Positions 19,327 through 29,612 are shown, counted from the stretch's first letter. The stretch: DNA of 32,000 nucleotides from Mycoplasma mobile 163K (GCF_000008365.1 NC_006908.1:540001-572000); one strand, 5' to 3'. Notes: generated by a model from the sequence alone, not told the origin. Numbers and translations are program-made.

Positions 19327-20478
19327 TTAAACCTTTCTTAATTGTGGATCGATTGCATCATGTACTCCAAGAGCTACAAATTGCAATGATAATGTTATTG
19401 TTAATAATAGCAATGAAGGCAATAACAAAGTTCAAGGATTGTTTGAAAAATCACCTAAAGCTTGAACTAAAATATTACCTAAATTTAGATTTGCAGGATC
19501 TGTTAAAAATCCTAAAAATGATAATGAAGATACTAAGAAAATAATTACTGGAATTCTTTGTACAAAAGAAATGGCTAATCTTCCAATAATATTAGGAAGT
19601 AAATGCATGAAAATTCTTCTTTTCTTTGAAGCTCCAATTGCTTCTGCTGCTTTAATGAAATCTAAATCTTTAACTAAAATTGCAAATCTTCTTGCTTCTG
19701 CGACTGGAGCAGATCATCCGATAATTACTAAAACTATAATTAATTGGAAAAAATCTGTACCAACAATTGAAACTAAAATTAAAACTCAAATTAAATTAGG
19801 TAAAGAATTAATTACTTCTAAAACTCTTTCAAAAAATGTATCAATTGGCTTTCCAAAATTAAAACCTAAATAAATGCCTAATGAAACACCAACAATTGAA
19901 TTAATTAGAGCAACTAAAACTGCTAAAAGCAATGATTGAATTGTTGCTGATCAACTTCTTGTTCAAATATCAAATCCACTACTTGTTGTTCCTAAAATTG
20001 TGCTAAATTGTTGACCACTATTTGTAAATGATAGCAATTCATATGCATTATAAGTAATTTCTCATTGGTTAAAACCAAGTAGTTTTTCACTAATAATCAA
20101 AGAAGCACCTTCTATATTTATTTGATTTTGAATATCAATAAAAAGTTGTCTTTGCGAATTTGTCAAAATTTGGGTTTTTAATGGATTTGCAATTGGAGGT
20201 AAATTTCCATTAAAAAAATTGCTTTGATTTGTAATAGGTATATCTCCTGCAAAAGGAGAAGTAAATGGAATAATAATTGCCATTAATAAAATAATTAGAA
20301 AAATTGATAATGCAATAACAGAATAAGGATTTGAAAAATACCTTTTGATAATTTCGATAATATTTTTCTTTGGTTTTCCAACTAATTGAAGTAAACTTAC
20401 AGAATTATTTGTACTAAATTTGAATGAATTTGAATCAGTTTTGATATTATATTTTTTATTAAAATCATTTCTATTCAT
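19327..20478 (-). CDS. oppC: oligopeptide ABC transporter permease OppC
   Basis: ORF 20062-20478 extends to TAA 19327-19329 through several TGA codons (the whole 19330-20061 stretch was scanned). Total 383 aa. It has ILGTTSSGFDIW (the LGTDxxGRD-like motif), the EAA-type loop AAEAIGASKKRRIFMHLLPN and multiple TM segments. Confidence 0.9.
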
Positions 20479-21523
20479 TTTGTAAATCCTTTCCCATTTT
20501 TGTAAATTCTGAATTATTTTTTAATTCTCTTTTTCTTGCTTCATATGATTTAATAATTGGATAAATTCCATAAGGATTTTTAGTTGCAAATTTAATTCTT
20601 GGATCTAATAATATAGAAACTATATCAACTAGAATTCTTGAAGCAATTGTTAAAGTAGCAAAGAAAAAAGTACTAAACATTACAATATTAATTTCACCAT
20701 TTGGAAATGCATTTATAAATAAAACACTTGTTCCCGGTACTGCAAAAAATGATTCAACAATTAAAGATCCTGATAATAAGAAAATAAATGAAGGAATAAT
20801 TAAACTCATCAAAGGAATAGAAATATTTTTTAAAACATATTTAAGAAATATTTCATATGATTTTAGACCTTTTGACTTTGCAATTAAAATGTAATTTGAA
20901 GAAAGAACTCTTGTTGTTTCATTTCTGGCATAAGTTACATAAGCTGCCAAAGAACCAAAAACTAAAACTAAAATTGGTAAAACTGTACTTGCTATAACTA
21001 AACCTGAACTAGCACCTTCAGCTGCTGAAGCAAATCTTGTTGGTAAACCGATTAAAAGCCCAAATAAAATGAAAAATGGAGCTAAAATAAATGAAGGAAG
21101 TGCTATAAAAATTCTTGTAAATAAGTTTATTGAAGCATCGATATAAGTTCCTCTTCTATAACCGGATCATACTCCAAGGGCGATTCCTACAATTACACTT
21201 ATTAAAAAAGCAGGACCTGCAATTGCTAAAGTAAATAACATTGGCCCAAAGAAAATTTCTGGAATTGTTCTTCCTGAAAATTGGGCTCCAAAACCTACTC
21301 TAAAATCCCCTAGAAAAAAACCTCCTAATCATTCTGCTAGTCTTGCTCCAATTGGTCTATTTAAACCAGCAGCAATAAAAGCTTCTTCTGCTTGTTGAGC
21401 ATTTGTTGCTGTTGCAAAAAATGGATTGGCTCCAAAACTACCTATTAATAAATAAGTTAATATAAGAATTACAAATAAAGCTATCGTGCCTAAAAAAATT
21501 CTAATTGATATATATTTAAACAT
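20471..21523 (-). CDS. oppB: oligopeptide ABC transporter permease OppB
   Basis: ORFs 21329-21523 and 20471-20950 are joined in frame (20951-21328 scanned). Total 350 aa. N-terminus MFKYISIRIFLGTIALFVILILTYLL, with the EAA-type loop YILIAKSKGLKSYEIFLKYVLKN. It overlaps the oppC start by 8 nt. Confidence 0.9.
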
Positions 21524-21534
21524 TACTTTCCTTT

Positions 21535-24402
21535 CTAATTAAGATCTAAATTAATTCTAATATCATTTTGATAAAGAACTCCTCTAACAAAAACTGGTAG
21601 AGAAAATCTTGGTTGAACTAAAACATTTGTTAAATTTCCTGAAGAAACAGTAGATTGATTTCCGGTTCTACTCATTTCTAAAGAATTACCTTTAATGGTA
21701 TTGAATTCTCTTGCCAAAGCAATTAAATCTCTATTTGTTTTTCTATTTTGGTATCCAATTCAAAATTTAGCAAATGCTTCACTTATATTTGAAAAAATAG
21801 GTGATCCATCAGGATTTGTTCCAATTTGTACTCTTAAACTTTCTTCTAAATGATTTAATTGATTATTTGTTAAAGCATCTCATTGATCAAATGGTATAGC
21901 AACTCTAAATTCAGGATTGGTTGTTCCATTACCAACTATTTCTTTAAAAGCTAATGAAACTTTGTAAAACTCTGGAAATGTTCTAACTAATTGATGATTT
22001 GGATCAAGCTTTGAATAATAAGAAAAAGCTTGAACTATACCTGTGGCATTTCCGTGAGTTGTTCCATCAAAAGCTGTCCCAATTCCATTGTAATCATAAC
22101 CTCATCCTGAAAATTGTGTTGAACTAAAGCCTCCTGTAATTCTTGCTAAAATATTTGGAACAGTGCTTGGAACATAAAAACTTACATTTAGTCTTGAATC
22201 AAGAGCATTAATTGTATTTACAACTTCATTATAAGCGCTAGTTACTGCATTACTTGGAGTTCCAATAAAAGTGTAAGATAAGTTTCAATCAATTGTTCTA
22301 TTAGTATTAGGATGTAAAGCATAAAATTCATCTAATAAAGTTTTCATTTCTAATGCTGCTTTTTCAAAAACTAAACTTTTAAATTGATTTGTTAAATTAG
22401 ATAAATTTTGCAAAAAGACATGATAGTCCTTTAGTGAATTTGTACTATCCAAGACTTCAAAATTACTATTTAAAAGAAATAATTCATTAACAACAGTTTC
22501 TATATTTGCTACTACATTTTCAATGCTAAAAATTCTATTACCATTTGCATCTCTTTTAGCAATTACATCTTGAACTGTAAAAGTATTATTTGTTCCATCT
22601 AAAGTTGTATTACCTGTTCTCAAAGTTGAATGAGAACTTGAATTTTGATCAATGCCTCCAATGAAAGCATCAGGAGCGAAAGTATTTATTCATGGCGAAG
22701 CTTCCTGAGCTGAAACAGTCGAAGCATAAGAATATCAATTGATTGCACTTTGTAAAATTGATCTAAATCTTTGTCCAAAACCTCCAAAGTAAGCTTCAGT
22801 AGTTGCAACATTACCTGTATTTAATGATGCTAAATCATGTCCATAATTCAAAAGTGCATAAGCATTATTGAAATTGTATTTTGAATTGCCATTTGCATCA
22901 ATTCCGCCACCGCTAGGAGCACTAACTGGAACAGTTCTTAATAATAATTGGTTATTAACAAGTTGAGTAGTTCTTCTTGCAATTTGTGAAACTTGTTGTT
23001 GTTGAGCATTTGATAGAAAATTATATCCTAATATATCAATATCTTTATTTCTAAAACTATTAAATGATTGTTGAATAAAAACATCTTGGTTGATTGAAGG
23101 AATATATCTTTCAATCTGCTCACTTATTAAAGTATTATCATCAACAAAATTTCTATTTGAATCTAAAAATTCAACATAATTTCTATTTTGTCTATAAATT
23201 AACCTACCTGCAGCAGGATCAATTGTAGTAGGAATGTAAGGACTTGCAAAAAGTGTTGTAGTTGAACGATATTCACGATTTGCAACTGAAGTCAATCCAT
23301 TTAAAGGACCTGAAGGAATTGATTCAAAACCATAATCATAAATTTGAAATTCTTTTGCAAGACCTGAAATATTTGTTGGATTAGTTTCAAAAGGCAATGA
23401 AGATTGTTTTTGGCTCATTTCTTGAATGAATTGTGAAGGAGCAGCCGAAAGAGTTAAGTCATTGTTCAATAATTTGCTAAAAGTATCATAAAAATTTGCT
23501 CCAATTTGCTCTGAAGTAGCATTTAAAGTAAAATATTTTTCACCATTTATTGTTGTAATTGTTTTTGTTCTATCTAAAATATCTTGAGATGAAACATTAA
23601 AAATTCCAAACAAATATGCATTAGAATATCTATCTGTATCACCAAATCTAGTGCTTACACCTATAGTTCTTAAAGCATCATCAATTTCTTTAGAACCTCC
23701 ATTTGCCCTTCTAAAAGAAGCTGTTAATAAATTTGTTCTCATAAAAGAGTAATAAAAATCCTCTGGAACAATTTCGTATTTAGTAGCATTTCCATTAACA
23801 TCTGTTCATTTTAAACCTTGTTTTATACCAATTTGCAATTTTATTGCTTTTGGTGCTAAAGGATCAATTGGATTTAAAGCAGTCACAAATTCGGGTGAAT
23901 TAATCGATCTTAGATCTTGTGAAGTTTGGAAAAATACTGCACTGTTGTTTTTTGCAAAATCTTCAGGAGATGGTTGATCAACATTATCATTATCAAATTC
24001 TCTTGTAGCTCCATTTGCATAAGTAACAATAATTTTTGATCCATAAATCATTTTATATCTAACTAATGTTGGAATTTCAACAGCTCCTGTAGAATTATTA
24101 AATACTGGTGAATTTAATGTTTCAAGTCTAAACATGCCAGCACTTGTATTACTTGTAATAATTGAATTTAAACCTCCAAAAGAAGCACTATAATCATAAT
24201 TGTAATTTGGTGTGGGTAAAGAACTATTGAATTCTTGAATGTATTGTCTTTTTCTCGATAAAGATAATTCATTAGCATTTGTAAAACCTTCAATAGAACT
24301 TGTTCTATTTTGATTAATTACTGCAGCAGCTACAACACCTCCTACTATTCCAACAAGAATTGTTGAACCAATTGAAAATTTAATAAATTTTTTTAAAACC
24401 AT
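21535..24402 (-). CDS. oppA: large OppA-like substrate-binding surface protein (955 aa) with uncleaved-type N-terminal anchor
   Basis: Track ORFs 23806-24402, 22735-23742, 22285-22623 and 21535-21717 are in one frame, and all gaps were scanned. It is the first gene of the oppBCDF cluster, with RBS aaggaa before the ATG. The N-terminus KFSIGSTILVGIVGGVVAAAVI is hydrophobic but contains no Cys. GLKWTDVNGNATKYEIVPEDFYYSF resembles the family-5 SBP W-x-D-G-x-x-T-x-x-D-F motif. The remainder is highly diverged. Confidence 0.7.
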
Positions 24403-24440
24403 TTTTTTCCTTTTTTATTCTAAATTTTAATTTATAAAAA

Positions 24441-24468
24441 ATATGAGAATACATTTTGCTTCTCATAT
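24441..24468 (-). terminator. hairpin plus T-run 33 nt upstream of the oppA start (terminator or attenuator)
   Basis: The minus strand reads ATATGAGAA-gcaaaatgta-TTCTCATAT followed by TTTTTAT: a 9-bp stem with a 10-nt loop. It lies between a 30-codon mini-ORF (24511-24603) and the oppA RBS. Confidence 0.35.
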
Positions 24469-24721
24469 CTTACGCTTTATTTAAAATTAATAACTTTTTA
24501 ATTTTTTAATTTAAAAATTCAAAACATAAGATACTTTGATAACTTTATTATCAAAAGATTTATTAATATTTTGTTCATAAGTACTTAATTTAAAGTTAGT
24601 CATTATATTAAAACCTTTCTGTATCTCTTTGTTGAATTTTTTAATTCAATTTTATTATAGTGTAAAAAAATAAAATTTTTTAAATATGATTTAATTTTTT
24701 CAAATAATTTAAAATTTTAAT

Positions 24722-25429
24722 GTGGAAAAAATAAGAATTCAAAAATTAATATCACAAGCCGGAATTTCGAGCAGAAGGGCAGCTGAAGATTTAATCTTAA
24801 AAAAGAGAGTAAAAATTAATGGAGTAATTGCTAAAATTGGAGATAAAGCTTCTTTAGAAGATGTGATTTTAGTTGATGAAAAGGTTATTTCTAAAGAAGA
24901 AAAAGTTTATTATTTATTAAATAAACCTAAAAATGTTGTCACTACTTTAAAAGATAATTTTAACAGATCCATAATAACTGATTTTATTGATGAAAAAAAA
25001 TATAAAATATTTCCTGTTGGAAGATTAGATTATGATACAACAGGAATTATTATTTTGACTAATGATGGAGAAACTGCAAATAAGCTTTTGCATCCTAAAT
25101 ATGAAATACCTCGAATTTACGAAGTAATTATTGATAAAGAACTTAGTTTAGAAGAAATAAAATACTTAAATTCCCAAGAAGTTTTTTTAAATAGTAAAAA
25201 AAGTTTTCAAGAAGTATCAAAAATAAGTAATTATAAATACAAAATAAAATTACACCAAGGTTCATATCACCATATAAAAAAATTGTTTGAAATTGTAGGA
25301 AAAAAAGTAAAGGATTTGAATCGAACTGAATATGCTTTTTTTAACTTAGAAAATTTATCAATAGGTAATTATAGAAAACTAAATAAACATGAAATAGATA
25401 GACTTTTGAATTTTGTTAAAAATAAATAA
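24722..25429 (+). CDS. RsuA/RluB-family ribosomal pseudouridine synthase (S4 domain + catalytic domain)
   Basis: 235-aa ORF with a GTG start. It has an S4 RNA-binding N-terminus (IRIQKLISQAGISSRRAAEDLILKKRVKING) and the catalytic motif VGRLDYDTTGIIILTNDGE. Confidence 0.9.
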   Translation: MEKIRIQKLISQAGISSRRAAEDLILKKRVKINGVIAKIGDKASLEDVILVDEKVISKEEKVYYLLNKPKNVVTTLKDNFNRSIITDFIDEKKYKIFPVGRLDYDTTGIIILTNDGETANKLLHPKYEIPRIYEVIIDKELSLEEIKYLNSQEVFLNSKKSFQEVSKISNYKYKIKLHQGSYHHIKKLFEIVGKKVKDLNRTEYAFFNLENLSIGNYRKLNKHEIDRLLNFVKNK

Positions 25430-25455
25430 AAATGAAAAGATACCTTTTCATTTTT
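25428..25455. terminator. bidirectional rho-independent terminator between the pseudouridine synthase gene and pgk
   Basis: aaaaatgaaaag atac cttttcattttt forms a perfect 12-bp stem with a 4-nt loop and flanking T/A runs. It sits between the convergent stops at 25429 and 25471. Confidence 0.7.
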
Positions 25456-25470
25456 ATTTATTTTAATTTT

Positions 25471-27006
25471 TTAAAATTTAATATCATCATTTGGTAAAGA
25501 ATCTAATTCTTCATCTTCAATATCAAATTCATCATCATTTTCATTTAAAATAATTTCTTCTGTTTTAACTTCATTTGGAAAAGAAGCTTCTCTTGTTGGA
25601 AAATCGTTTGTATTAAGCAAAAAATCTTCATCATTTTCAACTTCATTTGAAAAATAAGTTTGTGAATTTGAATCATTATATTCTGATGGAAACTCTTCAT
25701 TAGCTGGCTCAACTTCACTTGTAGAAAAAGCTGCTGTGTGTTCATGTAATACTTCTTCTGAATTCTGAGTTAGAATTGAAAAAATTTCTTCTTTTGTACG
25801 TCCTAGCTCACCTTCATTTTGAATTGCTTGAATTCCTGGTAATTCTTTACCTTCTAGAAATTCTAATGTTGCTCCTCCACCTGTTGAAACGTGACTAAAT
25901 CTTCTATCTAATCCAAGTTCTTCAATAATAGCAACACTATCACCACCACCTACAACAGTATAAACATTTCCTTTTAATTCTGTGATTGCCTTTGCAATAG
26001 CTTTTGTTCCTTCTTTAAAGTATTTAAATTCAGTAACACCTAAAGGTCCATTTCAAAGAATTGTTTTTGCATCTTTTATATATTTTTTAAATACTTCAAT
26101 TGATTTAGGACCAATGTCTAATCCCATATATCCATTTGGAATTTCTAAAGTATTTTCAAGATTATAAAATGGCTTTACATCTTCAAAATCTTTTGCTAAA
26201 GCATAATCAATAGGTAAAACAAATTTATCTAAATTATTTTTAAGATATTCTCTCGCTAAATCAATTTTGTCTTCCTCGACTAAAGACTTCCCAATCCCGA
26301 TTCCTTGTGCCGCTAAAAAAGTATAAGCCATAGCTCCACCAATAATTATTTTATCAACGTATTTTAAAAGATTATTTAAAACTCCAATTTTATCTGAAAC
26401 TTTTGCTCCACCTAAAATAGCAACAATTGGTCTTTCTGGCCTAGATAAAGCTTTGTCAAGATTTTTAATTTCTTTTTCAACTAAATATCCAATTCCTGAT
26501 TCAGCAATGTATGTTGAAATTCCGACATTTGAAGCATGTTTTCTATGCACTGTTCCAAAAGCATCATTAATAAAAACATCTCCTAAAGAAGCTCAATACA
26601 TTCCTAAATCTGGATTGTTTGATGATTCAGCATCATTATTTAAATCCTCAAAACGAGTATTTTCCATCATAACAATTTCGCCTGATTTCATGCTATTAAT
26701 TGTTTCTTCAAGTTCTGTTCCATTAGTAGCTGGGACAAAAGTGATAGGCATTCCTAATAAATTTACTAATATTTCTACAACAGGTGCAAGAGATTTTTTC
26801 TTAAGATCTTCTTCAGATTTTACTCTTCCTAAATGTGACATAAGAATGGCCTTACCACCTTCATTAACAACTTTTTTAATTGTAGGAATTACTGCTTCTA
26901 TTCTTTTATTTGATGTAACAATACCATTTACGATTGGAACATTAAAATCTACTCTGATGATAACTTTTTTGTTTTTTAAACTAATTTGATCTAGTGTTTT
27001 TTTCAT
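25471..27006 (-). CDS. pgk: phosphoglycerate kinase with ~116-aa acidic C-terminal extension
   Basis: ORFs 26593-27006 and 26053-26550 plus 25471-26052 are one frame (25474-26052 was scanned triplet by triplet). Total 511 aa. All PGK hallmarks are present: [61 protein letters not shown] and [18 protein letters not shown]. The core ends near 25822, followed by the tail [12 protein letters not shown]...[60 protein letters not shown]. Confidence 0.95.
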
Positions 27007-27224
27007 TTGTGTTAAATTCTCCTTAAAATTGAATTTTAAATAATTTGTTTAATTATACTATAAATAATTAATGAAAATCATATTTTCTAATTTGTAAAAT
27101 ATTTTAATTTTCTCTTAATGATTCTTTTGGAAATTCATATTAAAATATACCATAAACACTCAAAATTATTTTGTATTGTAATATAATAATATATAAATTG
27201 AAATTAAATAAGAGGTAGCATATT

Positions 27225-28889
27225 ATGAGTAAAGCCAAAAATGAACAAAATTTTAAAAAAGATAAAAAAGTTTTAGAAAGTCCAAAAACTAATTTTCTAC
27301 CAAAAAAAGGTTCTGAAAAAGTAATTGGTAAATTTTATTTAATTAATAACAAAAATGAAGTTCAAGAAAAAAAATGGTTCTTAAAAAAAGCAAAAGATAA
27401 AAATGGGGTTTATTTCAAAACTCAAAAAGATGGATTGGATCATTTTTATAGTTTAAATTTAAATGCAAGACTTTGAATAAGTAAAGATGGAAAATTTTCA
27501 AATACCATTTTGTCTGAAGAAAAACTTATACTTGAGCCTATTATTAAAGAAAAAAAATTAAAAAATATAGATAAAAAATCTAAAAAAAATAAAAATTTTG
27601 AGTTATTTTACCATAGGAAAAACCTTTATAATGCTTTATTTAGTGAAAAAGATATTCTAAAAATTTCTAGAGAAGAAGAGTTGGGTTTGTATCAAGAAGA
27701 AATGAACCTTGCAATTCGTGTTTTAACTCCAATTTTAAATAACTCAATGACTATAGAAAAAGACACAGAATTTATTTATAAAGATAAAATTGAAAATGAA
27801 GAGAAAAATAATAGAACATCAAAATTTGAAAATGAAATAATTTTTCCTATGGATGTTGAAGAAAACTTACTTATTCCTATAAATAATAAAGAAGAAACAA
27901 AAATAGAAACTTTAGAAAAGACAAAAGAAATAAAAATTTCTTTTAAAGAATTTGAGAGTTCAAATATTTTTGATCCAAAAATTAAAGACAAAAAGTTTTT
28001 TAATTCAAAAGAAGAACAGAAGTTATATGAATCTCAAATGAATATTGCGATTGAAAAATTAACTAAAAAAGTTGAAGAACCAGATGAAAAGACAAAAGAA
28101 ATAAAAATTTCTTTTAAAGAATTTGAGAGTTCAAATATTTTTGATCCAAAAATTAAAGACATAAAGTTTTTCAATTCAAAAGAAGAACAAAAGTTATATG
28201 AATCTCAAATAAATATTGCGATTGAAAAATTAACTAAAAAAGTTGAAGAACCAATTAGTAAAACTAGTGTTTTAATTTTAAATACAGAAAAATTACATGG
28301 AAGTAAAGATGAAATATCAAATTTTTCAAATCAAGAAAATGAAGTTGTTTTTGAACAAAAAGAAGATTTTGATGCAAGAAATTTTACTACTGAACAAATT
28401 AAAGGTGTTTTTGTAGCTGAAGATATTATTTTAGAACCTGATTTTGAAGAAAATATTGAAAAAATAAAAGAAACTTCTATTATAAAAAATAAAAGTAATT
28501 TTTTGTGAGTAAGTGATCCTACTTCAAAAATCTCTGCAAGAAATATTCAAAAAAATGAAATCAATATTTTTGAGGATGAAAATGATAAAATTTCTGACTT
28601 TTTAAAAGATACAGAATATTACAATTATGAAGAAATTTTGAGAGAGGATAATTTTCAAAATAATAGAGAAGATGATCTTAAAAATTATTCGAATCAAGAA
28701 AATACATTCTCAAATTTAAAAGTCTTAAAAAATGATGATATTGTTACAACAAAAGATTTGGAATCTTATGAAGAGTATGAAAGAAATCATTTTATTAAAT
28801 CGACAGGAAAAAATGAAATATTAAAAAATGAAGAGAAAACTAAAAAATCTTCAAAAAGAAAATGATACAAATTATGATTGGGTTATTAG
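27225..28889 (+). CDS. K/E/N-rich hypothetical protein with internal 57-aa tandem repeat, directly upstream of the diadenylate cyclase gene
   Basis: Track ORFs 27225-27476, 27510-28508 and 28638-28865 are one frame joined by TGA codons, ending at TAG 28887-28889. Total 554 aa. RBS aagagg lies before the ATG. The N-terminal ~95 aa are basic (KGSEKVIGKFYLINNKNE...WFLKKAKDKNGVYFKTQKDG...LWISKDGKF). The C-terminus ends KKSSKRKWYKLWLGY. Confidence 0.75.
27915..28253 (+). repeat. near-perfect tandem duplication, period 171 bp (57 codons), two copies
   Basis: gaaaagacaaaagaaataaaaatttcttttaaagaatttgagagttcaaatatttttgatccaaaaattaaagac... occurs at 27915 and again at 28086 with only a few substitutions (EKTKEIKISFKEFESSNIFDPKIKD[KI]KFFNSKEEQKLYESQ[MI]NIAIEKLTKKVEEP). 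A degenerate third copy of the LYxxxMNxAI part is at ~27690 (LGLYQEEMNLAIRVLTP). Confidence 0.95.
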
Positions 28890-28896
28890 GTAAATA

Positions 28897-29547
28897 ATGA
28901 ATATGATTACAAAAATAAATTTTGCTAATGGCGGAACAACAACTCCTACTGTTACTCAAAATACAACTATTGATACAAATTTGATATTTTTTTCAATTTT
29001 AATTGTAATAGGTATTATTATATTAATTTTTGTATCTTCAATTTATATTGCAAGATTATGAAGTTTTTTATTCAGAACTTCTAAATATACAAAATTAGGA
29101 CAATCAAGTAAAATAAGATTGATTCACCAAGTTAAAGAAGCTGTTGAAATCTTATCAAAAACAAAAACTGGTGCAATTATTACAATTGAAAATAAAGATC
29201 AATTAGACAATTTCAGAACAGATGGAATTATTATTGATGCAAATATTAGCTCTTCTTTAATTATTAGTTTATTTAATAAACATTCTCCTCTACATGATGG
29301 TGCAATTATTATTAGAAATAATAAAATTTTATATGCTTCAACTTATTATAAAATCACAAGAAAATCAGTTGATAATAAATATGGTGCAAGACATCGTGCT
29401 GCAATGGGAGTAAGTGAACAGACAGATGCGATCACAATTGTAGTTTCAGAAGAAACAGGAAATATTACAATTGTAAAAAATGGCCAATTTGCTACAGTCA
29501 AATTAGATGATTTCCAAAATGAATTAATCAAATCTTTAAGAGTTTAA
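28897..29547 (+). CDS. cdaA: membrane-anchored diadenylate cyclase (DAC domain, single N-terminal TM helix; CdaA/CdaM-like)
   Basis: ATG 28897 is in frame with track ORF 29119-29547 through one TGA. Total 216 aa. It has one TM helix (LIFFSILIVIGIIILIFVSSIYIA) and the DAC motifs GAIITIE, PLHDGAIII, GARHRAA and VVSEETG. Confidence 0.88.
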
Positions 29548-29576
29548 AAAAATAGGATTTTCCTATTTTTTATTTT
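29547..29576 (+). terminator. rho-independent terminator after the diadenylate cyclase gene
   Basis: aaaaaatagga ttt tcctatttttt forms a stem-loop followed by a T-run, beginning at the stop codon. Confidence 0.65.
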
Positions 29577-29612
29577 AAATTAATAAAATAAATTAGTATA
29601 ATGATTTTGAGT

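Noticed and set aside
24511-24603. Calling the 30-codon mini-ORF upstream of oppA as a CDS feature
   Set aside because: It is too short, has no recognisable homology, and has only a weak aaagg RBS. It is kept as part of a regulatory-leader hypothesis in the findings rather than as a supported gene.
25545-25745. Minus-strand [29 protein letters not shown]... within the pgk 3' region. Also the minus-strand ORFs 27776-27991, 29346-29531 and 30605-30805.
   Set aside because: ORF 25545-25745 is out of frame with pgk, whose own frame is open through this region and encodes the acidic tail. The other three are antisense to the K/E-rich gene, the cyclase and cls respectively, and have no supporting signals.
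27915-28253. The 171-bp tandem duplication as a CRISPR-like array, satellite or mobile element end
   Set aside because: There are only two adjacent copies with no spacers. They are in frame, are a multiple of three in length, and lie inside a continuous coding sequence. This is an intragenic domain duplication.
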